The notes below the pieces were generated by a model, which ran no database searches, was not told where the DNA came from, and saw only the letters and a list, made by a program, of their open reading frames with translations. Below are positions 38,100 through 48,898 of a DNA stretch of 64,000 bases, piece by piece (position 1 is the stretch's first letter; every line of letters begins with the position of its first letter). The translations under genes and the position numbers were made by a program. The DNA is from Cycas panzhihuaensis. Its lineage: Eukaryota; Plantae; Cycadophyta. The DNA lies in assembly GCA_023213395.1 (NCBI GenBank), contig CM041465.1:251851741-251915740 (forward strand), read 5' to 3'.

Positions 38100-41000
38100 G
38101 AAAGAAGGCTCACAAATTTGTTCCAAAAAATTATAGTGAAGTGAATTATCTTTTTTACCTTTATGTTTCTTAAATAGCAAGCAATTGCAAATTCCATATA
38201 TGAAGTTCATTCTAGAACATTAATTACATATTTTACTAGTTATCCTCCCCAAAAGTTGTCCTCAAGCAATGGATGCAAGAATCATTAAAAATATTTTATT
38301 ATAAAGTCAATCTTATCTAAAACATTTCAAAAGCCGCTTTCATCTTCATTATTACATTCCTAAAGGCCTTAGAGCAAGTTCTCAAATGAGGTCCCTGTAT
38401 GTGTTAAAGAAACCTTATAGTTTTCAATTGTTAAGAGCCAGAGTTTTTTTTAGACAAAAATGCTCCATCTAGATTTAGTTTCCTAGCCTTCCTCTACACC
38501 TATAGACTTTTGTTAAGGACCTTCTTAAGCTATTTGTTGAATTTGTATCCCCAAAGCCACATAGGGAGTTCTATCTTGGATCGAATATCCATGTGTATAC
38601 CTGGGTGGATTTGTCAAAGGACCTTCCTAAATATATTTTGATTAAGTGTGGTAATTGAGTTCTTAAATAAAGGGTGGTTTTTCTCAACTCTCCTAATGCA
38701 TACTTCAAGTGCCATTCTAGGGACCATAGGATCAAACACTATCCTCTTTTTTTTAATAAATAGAATAAAGAGTGCCTCCCACCAAGGAAGACCTATAAGA
38801 TCTTATGATTGAGCACAAAAATGGGTGGATTGAAGTGCATAGTAAAAGACCCATCAATAAAGGTGGGAAAACCAAGCTCTTAAGAAAGAGGAAACAATTT
38901 TTTACTAAACCTCAAGTGAAGCATGGTTTAATTATAAAGAAGCCTTGGGAGGATTTAGAAAGGGAAAAAATAAAAAAATACATGAACCAAAGTCCAAATT
39001 CAATGACCTTCCTCCAACCCTTCCCCAACCTATCTCACTTACCAACCTCCCTAGGCTACAAGAAAATAAGCCATGAGTAACAAAAATCCAAGGGGCAATA
39101 ATTAATTATGAACAAATTTGATCTATTGATTAAAAGACTAAAAGCCAATATCAATACATTTGAACTCTTGGGCTCCATCCCAAATGAATGAGGGTTAATA
39201 TAGATATAAAGGAGGTTGACCACATTAAGCATGGCTACCTAGAATGTTCAAGATCTCATAGATCCTCACTAAAGAAGTATGGTTAGGAGGTTCCAACATA
39301 AAATCCACCAACTAATCTTCTACTTGTAAAAACTTGGAGTGTATTGGTCAAAACCATCAATTTTCTCTTTCCTAATTTCTTTTTGTCAGCCCAAGTATGT
39401 GTAGCTCAAAACCTTACATAATAATGGTAATGAGGGAAATTGTGATTTTGGTTAAGCCTTCCTTTAATAGTAAGATTATCCTATCTAGGTTTGATACAGA
39501 TAGTAGATGTGTTTGGATTTTAGTTTAAATTAATAATATATTGTAAGGGGTTATTAAATTTTATGGTTCTAGTCATCCATTAGAAAGAGAAACTCTCTAG
39601 AAGTAGTTAGAGAATAGTTTACCTAAAGGCTCATAAATATTATGCAAGGAGTTCAACATGATTGAGTCCTCTCTCAACAAGACTGGTGGATAGCCTTTCA
39701 AGTAGAAACAAGAAAAAAAACTATGCATGGATGGGCTTGAAAAATAAGTAATTGTATATGATCCCAATGTTGGTAAATACGATGATCATGACTCTTAGTT
39801 CACATGGTTAAATATGTATGCCAAGCATGATCACATATTTAAAATGCTTGATAGATCCATAATGACAAATGATAATCATTTTCATATCCTTCTTGGGGAC
39901 GGCAAGCCCATGAACATTTTGAGTGAGATTGCCTTGTCAAATTGCCACCCTATTTCTTTTGTCCTTTCTTGGGAGACAAATAAAACCCCATGTTAGATGA
40001 CACTTTTAAAACTTTATACTTTCCACCTAGCTTTGCTAATATGCACAAATAGTATTAAGTAGGTCTAGTATCCATCACCTTATCCTAGAGAGGAAAAGAC
40101 TAGATAACTGCATGGAAGAAAGCTATTAGCAAAACTACTTCCTTTCTTAGGGGCTATGGCAAATAGGTAGAGTTAATGATAGGGAAAGTTAAGAATCTAG
40201 CTCTCAAAGGCTAGCTAATATTAGACTTAGTAAGGAATAAACCTCTTTTAACGAAGCTCTCCAAAAAATGTTATGCATGTGGCTAACGAATAATGGGTTA
40301 TTAAAATGAAAAGGGCTAAAGGTATGCAAATTCATGTCCAATCTAATTGGATTAATAAAGGAGATAAATGTTCCAAGTTCTTCTTCCAAGCAGTAAGCAT
40401 CAAGGGGCATAAGGGCTCTGAAACCCCCCCAGGGCAACATCATGACTCAAGAGCATATTAGTGAGGAATATTTGGCTTACTATATACAAGTTGTCCAAGC
40501 TCAAGCTTCTTATCAAGATATGGTAGATGCCTTGGAAGAATGCCTTCAAATGATTCCCACAAAGATTAACATCTTTTGGTAATAAGCTTGTGAAGCACTA
40601 ATAAAACCTAAAGAGATCAACGATGCCCTACTTAAAATGCCCAATAAGAAGGCACTAAGTATTAATGGATTCCTTGAGTTTTATAATTTTTCCTAGTATT
40701 ATATTACTCTAGTTCTACTCAAAGTCCATAACAAGGCTTTTGAAGTAAACATATTATATACTAAAACAAACCAGGGTAATGTCAAGCTCATTCTCAAAGG
40801 AGGAGATCTTGAGGCAAGCACCAACTGGTATCTCATTAGGTTGTTGAATATCTATTATAAGATCTTTGACAAGGCATGAACCAAAATAACTCATCATGTC
40901 CTCTAAAAGGCTATTATATTAGAACAAATAAGATTCATCAAGGGTCAATTCATACTAGACAATGTCATCATTATTTAGGAACTTATGGAATGGTCTTGGG

Positions 41001-43027
41001 CTTTATCTCATGATAATTTATTTAAGAAAAAAGCTTATGAAATGGTATGAGTGATCATTCATTTTTAAAATGCTTAAGGCTCTTGGATTTGGGGAAAGAT
41101 TTAGTAGAATGGTCTAAAACCTTTCTATAGATGTTTCAATTGGTATATACGTTAATGGCTTGATCACTTAGCCTATCAAACTAAAACATTCTATAAGACA
41201 AGGTTGCCCTCTTACTCCATCTTTGTTTATACTTACAATAAATGCTTTAGGATACTTGCTTTAAGATAAGGTTGGTCAAGTGTTGATTAGAGGAATCTCT
41301 CTATTAGGAGAAGCAGCAAGACATTTGGTCAATGGCCAATTTATTGATAACTCCTTTCTGATGATTCAAGCAAACCTTAAGTAGATGGTGAAAACCCTTA
41401 AGGCTATGCAAGCATTATACCTAGCTTTAGGGTTGAAAATTTAATGGAGAAAAGCAATGTGCTTCATTCAATCATCAAGAGGCATGCCCTATTGGCTAAA
41501 GGATTATAAATTATTCAAATTCAAAGCCAGGGATATTTTCAAGTTTTTGGTGAACCCAGTTGACTTTTAGTTTTCTTTGGTGGATATGTGGCCACATGCC
41601 AACAAGAAGGTGGAGAAAAAGCTCATTTATCAGTCTTCAAAATGCCTTTCTTTAGCTAGCAAGTACCAAGCCTACTCCAAAATGTTGGCAATGACTTGTA
41701 TATTATTCCTCTTATTGGGCTCCCTCTAATGCAACCTATGATAAGCTTATGAGATGTTTTAGAGTTTTCACGTGGTCCCTTAGGAAGGAGAGAAAAGGGG
41801 TTTATCAAATTAATTAGAAAATCTATTGCAAAAATAAGTCCAACAAAGTTAAGTCTTATTAATTTCAAGCTTCAAGGGCAAGCTTTATGTGCAAATGGCT
41901 AATTAGAGATTGCAAAGAGGCTTCAAGAGTTTTGGTTAGGAATAATCTATCTCAATTCAAGACATATTAACACAATGGCTTTACTCTCTCACTATATATA
42001 CCTCTTATTTCCTTAGCATCTCTCAAAGAAACCAGTTCTTTGATTCTTAAATCCATCAAAAGTTCTTGGGAAGACTATAAGAAGTGGCTAATGTGGCAAG
42101 GATATGAACCTAAGAAGGGTATGTCCCTTTAAGAATACTTAATATGGTGGTTTCCCTTAATAATAAAGGATGGAGCTTATCTAGGACAAATTCCTTGGTC
42201 TAAAGCCAAGAGGTTAAGCAAGAAGGGGTTGTCTACCATTAGACAACTCTTTGACCAAGGGTGAGGAAGATGGAAGCCACGTCTAATTATTAAATATGAA
42301 TTTTGATTAAAAGCTTCAAATAGCTTCATTATTGAATAAATCTAGAATTGTGGTTCGATTGTATAAATCATTACAATGGCCACTTTTGAGAACTCCAACT
42401 GGTGGAATGATAGGCTTCAAATTAGTACAAGCTAGTCACTAAATTCTTAATGTTATATGTGTATAAACTTCTTACTAAAAGGAACCAAATAAGTGATAGA
42501 TTAAATAAAATCTAGAATATTATATGTAGAAAGGAAACTTGGTTAAGAAGGTTTTAAAGACTATTGAAGATGCCTTCAAAGTTGAAAAGGGCCTTTTTTG
42601 CTTGGTCAATTTTGCAAAATGGGTTTGATATCAAATCTAGACTAGCCAAGCTAGATTATATAGATGTGACAGGTGCCATCTACACACAACCTGAAACTCT
42701 TTTACACCTCTTTTGTTAGTGCCTATTTGCAAAATCAACATAGGATTAGGTCAACTTATTTGCTAGCCCAATCATATTTGGAAAATTTTATTCAAATGTC
42801 CTTCTTCTAGGGGATAATAGAGGACTTCTTGAGGACTTTCACCCTTTCCCAAGACGTGCTTGGACCAAAAATTTTATACTGCGTTTAGAAACACAAACTC
42901 TCTTGGTTTTTATAACAGTCTCCCTATTTAAGGTTCGTTAATAATGTGATCATTTTTGTGTCATTTGTAAAGAAGATCTAACTTAGGCTCTCCCACTTTT
43001 AAGAGCTTATTAATCACTAGGGCTATA
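38100..43027 (+). mobile_element. Highly degenerate L1-clade LINE (ORF1 + ORF2)
   Basis: ORF1: VLK*GPC motif (~38380) and zinc-knuckle remnant FKCHSRDHRIKHYP (~38704). ORF2: endonuclease start AT*NVQDL (~39234), RT IRQGCPLTPSLF (~41193) and QFIDN (~41337), zf-RVT ETLLHLF (~42693). Boundaries approximate. Confidence 0.78.
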
Positions 43028-46000
43028 TGTTAAAACTTATAATGTTAGCTTTATTACCATGTAAATTACATGTATATGTGTATAATTATGTACTTTATAC
43101 ATGACCTCATTTGTAATTTTATCATGTTTTGTAAATGTGTTGGGTCTATCACTTGTGCTGATATGTCGGCTAATTAGATCCTTGTAAATATGGGTAGACT
43201 ACTTATATATTGGGCATTTTTCCTATTATTTATACATTGAATTATTATTAATGTGGAAGTTCTACCGAATTGGAGCCTCACGGAGTGACAAATTCACCCG
43301 TGAACCTTTACACATCTCAGTTATACACTTGTGTGATTGAATATTTTATTATTTGAGTAGTTTTGCTTTGTATTTTGATAGATGCATATAGTATTTAGAT
43401 CTTGGAAGTGTTATCCCATGGTATTTGAGCCATTGCATGCTCTGTTTAGTATTATTTTAAAAAACAAGTGAAAAATAGAGGCATGTTTGCTTATAACGGT
43501 ACCTCGTTCCCACATTTTTAAATATTTTCTCTTAATATTAGGTGGCCTCCAGTCAATCTGAAGCCATTACTAGTGATTTTAAGATCATATCAGTGAGCAT
43601 TTACTGAGTTTTAAGTTGGTTGCAAACCACAAAGCTCTCAACTCTATTTTTTGTTGAAACTACTCTATTTTAGCCCTTTGCCAACCTTAACTTATTCATG
43701 TAGGCCATATCTCACATCCAAATGAAGTGCTATCAATTCTAACAGTCCTCTAAGGCTGATCAAGCTCTATTGCAGGCAATTTCATAAAGGATTATGGGTT
43801 TGTTTACCTATTTGTAACCTCAAGCATCCATTTGACCTCCACAAGATCGAGCAACTTTGTTTGATGTCGTTTCTCTCCATTGAAGCTATGAATCTACTTG
43901 AGAATGGGTGCTAAGCATGTAGATTCAAGATCCATCGATCTTGGACCTTCCCTAAAGTGATTTCAAGCTTAAATCATGCCAAAAACTTATGTAACCTCGT
44001 GCGCACACCATGAAAAGTTGTACAGTTATTTGCATGTTGAAAATTTTATATTTTAAACTCTATCATTCATAAAGTTTGATCTTCATTAAGTTAAATTTAT
44101 GTTTATAACTTAAATCCAGTGTTTAACCACTATGATTGATCATATTTAAGCTAATATAACCCAATTTTTAGCAAAAAAGGGGCAGATCTCAAAAAAGTTT
44201 AATCATCTTTTATAATTTTTGCATTTGTAAAATGTTTAGGCCATATTTCATTGAGATTTAAAGTCTGCAACCCCCTTACCTCTCCAGCGGGCGATCAAAT
44301 GCAATAGTTTGGTGACCAAGGGCCAACTTTCAAAGGGGCTTAAGCCCAATCTTCACTTTTTTTAACTCATAAAGAGTACCTGCTATAGTTTCTATCATAA
44401 CTTTCCAATCGAGAGTCAGAATCAAGTGTCGTTTGAACCATTGGAAAGCTAATTTAGACCGATACAATTTAAAGTTAGTTTGAGCTTAATTTTAATTTAG
44501 TTTGAAGGAGTTCTAACTTGGTAAATTTGGGTAATTTTTTTAGCATTCTTAAACTTTCTTTCATCACTTGAAGGCTTAAATTTAGATTTTTCTAAGACTC
44601 TTTGTTGTTATATGCTATTGTTTATTGTTAGATAGCTACTCTAATATGTTTTTTGGGCTAATAAAGTGCTTTTGGTTAGTTTTTTATAGTTGTTTTCCTT
44701 AGAGATTGAGGTGGACCTTCTTACTACAAGCCCGCTTAAAGAGCTTTCTAAACCTCTCATTTTCTTTTAATTTCTTATATTTCCTTTTACTTTTTAGCTT
44801 TTCTTTACAAATCAATATTTAACTTGAAACATTAACTGAGATAATTCTAAATTAATAAGACAACCTTATCAGCCTTACAAAGGGAATGGTTAAGACCCCT
44901 AAAGTTACCACTCTGCACACGCCTTTAGTATTTCTCTAATTTATTGAGGAAACCATTGGCTATAAGGTGTATAAAGTGGTAGGTTGAAGTAGAAAACTTT
45001 TCTTTGGTGATTGGAGACCAAGCTAAACTTGGAGGTAGTGAATGCCTTGGTTGTTAAGTTCTCACTACTAGATCTATCGCTAAGCATAAGTCTGACGTAG
45101 GTGGATCTACGGATTAAGGGGGTCTTTGACCTTCATATCAGCTTTATACACTGAAGTATATAGAGCCTTGAACTCATGTACTAGTATATAAGGCCCTTGG
45201 TTTACCACTTGTGGGTAGGAGCTACTATATAGGATAGTAATCAAGAACTTTCTTAGAGACCCTAAAATTTAGAGCTCTAGATTAATAGCCCCTGGGTAGA
45301 TTAGTACATAAACACTTAAAACTCAAAACAAAAAGATACTTAGAAAATAGCATCACAAATACTATTATCAAACACAATTAAACTTAATGGCATTAACAAC
45401 TTTATCCCTTAGAAGAAATAAGTAAAAAACTTGCTTACTATGAATGACTTTTAGACCTATGTCAATGGTGACATACCCTTACCTAGATCAACCCAAGACC
45501 CTAATGACTCTAGCATCATAATCCCACTAGATCTTATTGCTTTAGCTAACTTTAAAGCTAAAGACAATATAGTCTTGTCCTTCCTCCACTTACTGGTAGA
45601 AGACTAAGTGGACTAGAACATAGAAATAATCAAAACCTTTCATGAAGCATGGACCATCCTTTGTACTCTCTTCGAGAGAAAAGATGAGTCAAGGTCCTTG
45701 ACTCTTAAAGCATGCATTTTTTCCATCTCATTTGTAGGTAATTTTACATCCCATCTAACCAAAATAAATACCATTAGAAATCAATTAATAATCCTAGGAT
45801 AACCTCCTTTAGACCATGATCTGGTATCTAGCATTCTAAATATTCTTCCAATAGAATACAACAGCTTTGTCTCTAAAGTTCATGATAACTACACAAAGAT
45901 AGACTTTATCACCTTTGAGGGGCTTCTGCTAAGAGAAGAGAATATTTTCAATCGACTAAGGGTAACATCTACCTCTGACTCAAGCCCTGCATTTGCAACT

Positions 46001-48898
46001 TGGAACTCAGAGAGGGACAAGACTACATAAAGACCAACTCAACAATCCAATCAACTTCAAAGTCTTACTCAACAATTAGACTCATTAAACATCTCCCAAG
46101 AGCCAAATCAGTTGCTAACTCAGCATCAACCACATCAAGTTGGTACTTTCTCCAATTAAAGTCAGTAACCTCAATAGTCCTAGCAACCACCACAACCTCA
46201 AATAAAAAAGAATCAATAGAGTAGACCTAATGTCACTTGCTTATACTATAGAAAAATTAGTCACCTTGTTATTGAATGTAGGAGGCATTAGGTTGATCTA
46301 TAAATATTGTAAAATCAAGGGAGGACAATCTTATAGGCCTAGCCTCTAATAAGCAACCCTATATTATCAACAAGCAACCCTATTTTATCCATAAGGAGCA
46401 CCCAACTTTCAACAAGGTAGACAAAGCTATCAATAACAAGGATGAAGTTATCAACAAGGAGGACCATTCCCTTTATGAGGATCCCCTTATCCACAATAAG
46501 GAGACCCCACTCTATAACAAGGTACCCCTACTTCTAATAAGGAGGCCTTATCTTGTAATAAGAAGGCCATATCTATCCACAAGGAGAGGTATCATTTCAA
46601 TAACCACACTAATTCTATCAACAAAATTGGACTCCAAGACCTAATCAAAGTCAAAGACAGTAGAACAAATAGTGATTCCCACCTAGGAATCAAAGGAACC
46701 CTAACACTCAGTAAGGAGGCCATGTGGTAGACACCTAGGACACCTCCTCACAAAACCTATTTTTCGCAACATTGTCATCTCAGCATAGTGATAACTCATG
46801 GCTTCTTAACTTAGGTACCACTTGTCACATGACTAGCTTAAAAAAGATGTTGGAAGAGACCTATCCAATAAGCACACAAATAGTCACATTTGGAGATAAC
46901 TTGACATATGATGTGACTAAAATTGTAAGGGCCCTAATAGTATTGAAAGACACCAACATACAACACCATATCAATAATGTATTTCTAGTTCTAAGCGTGA
47001 AAATAAATATGCTTTCAGTCAACCAAATCGATAAGAAAAATTTGGATATCCTCTTTAGTCAATGCATATGTACCATTATGGATCATCTAACTGGATAACT
47101 TGTACTAATAGGTCATAAAGCAAATGGCTTATACAAGCTTGATGGTGTTCTTATAGTCACCAATCCACTATCAGAATCTTACTCAATGGCCCAAAATACA
47201 CAACTTGACAAGGAAAAATATGTCATGATGGATGAATCCCCTTCTATCCAAGAACCAGGTGAATACTCCTACTCAAATGAACAATCTACCTCCAATAATG
47301 CCAAAGATTAGTTATGGCATCAATGCTTAGGTCACTTGATTATGCATAGTTTAAACCTCGTGTCAAGGCTTCATATAGTATATGGCTTACCCAAGATCAA
47401 GAGATACACCAACATTTGTGAGGTATGCCTTGTGGGAAAGTAACAAAGATAAAAATTTCCATGTAAGAATGTATGGAGAGCCTCCCAACTATATTGAGTT
47501 GGTCCACTCATACATTTATGGGTCTATGTCAGTCTAATCGCTCAATGGTAGCCTATATTTCATGATAGTTATAAATGATTATTCCAAGAAAGTGTGGGTT
47601 TACTTCTTGAGAAACAAGTACCAAGCCTTAGATAAATTCAAGAAGTTCAAAGCTGAGGTAGAAAATGAGAGTGGCATGGCCATTAAGACACTTAAATCTA
47701 ACAATGGTGGGGAATACATTTCTAATCAATTCACTAATTTTTGTAATGAATATAGCAATTCTTAGCATTTCGCATACCACAACAAAACAGTATAGCCAAG
47801 AGAATAAACTAAACCTTGGTAAATAAAGGAAAAGCCATGCTAAATGCTATCAACCTCACCACTAGATTTTGGGCTGAGACAATTATTACTACTATATACC
47901 TAACCAACATGAGTTCCACTATGATAGTTAGGAATATCACTCATGAGGAAGCTTGGTCATGACTTAAACCAATTATTGCATACTTAAAAACATTTAGATA
48001 CATAGCATACAAACTTATTCCAAAGATGAATAGAAAAAATCTTGATGATAAAAGCCTTAAGTGCATCTTCCTTGCCTATGTACCTAGCTACAAAACCTAT
48101 AAGGTGTTCAACATTGTTGGGAACTAAGCATACACAACTCGGGATATCATTTTTGTAGAATATTCACAGGACCTAAATTTACCTAAAATTTAGTTTGTAG
48201 TACCAGATGAAGTTGATGCATCTCAAGTGCCTCTTGGACAAATTCTGGAGCCACCAGTACTAGCTTCCTCCTACACACTAGGTCCTTCATCAATTCTAGC
48301 AATCTCCACTTCTACAGTAGAAGCAAGCACAACTATGCCACATATCTTAGTTGATGACCTTCAGGTGAAAGCCAACACAACATTTAGGGACCTCCCAAGT
48401 ATATTCAAGAATTGTTAGAGGATGCTCTTCCTCCTCTCATATATGCCAAAAGACCATCAAAGATGAAACACTCTACCAATTTTGCTTTAATAGCATGTGT
48501 TCTAAAAACCCCTAACCCTTCAACATTTGAGGACACAGTCAAAAACTAAACATGGAAAGTAGCTATAGATGAAGAGATGAACTCCATACTTAAAAATAAA
48601 ACTTGGGAGCTAATAGATATGCCACTTGGAAAGAAACCAGTTGACTAAAGAAGGCTTTATAAACAAAATTTCATGTTAATAGCCCTATTGAGTATCATAA
48701 TGCTCATTTGGTATTAAAGAGCACCTTCCCAAATGGAAAGCTCATAAAAGAAGTTCTCTTGTGGCAATCTCCCAATGACTTCATCCACCAAGTTCACCGA
48801 CCAACTAAGGACCAAGTTACAAACATCTTCACCAAAGCACTTAGTAAACCTAAGTTTGAACGGTTTTGACATAATCTCGACATCAAATATAATGAAAC
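43028..48898 (+). mobile_element. Degenerate Ty1/copia element (C) with a ~1.9-kb leader and an internal RT deletion; 3' LTR lost
   Basis: LTR-like 43028-~43418 followed by PBS tggtatttgagc at 43419-43430. Gag from ~45347 (IKLNGINNFIP), protease SWLLNLGTTCHMT (46772 ORF), integrase INDYSKKVWVYFL (47562 ORF). The RT start (~48550-48720) is fused to the RNase H end (DQVTNIFTKALSK, ~48812). Confidence 0.83.
44870..45300 (+). ncRNA. Candidate structured cis-acting RNA element upstream of gag in copia C (homolog of 17340-17770)
   Basis: Shared blocks with the reverse complement of 17340-17770: agccttacaa.gggaa, gacccctaaagttaccac, gcacacgc, ttggagac, actagatct, gcataagtctg, aggtgga, gtatatagagcct, tgggtagg. 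Confidence 0.55.
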
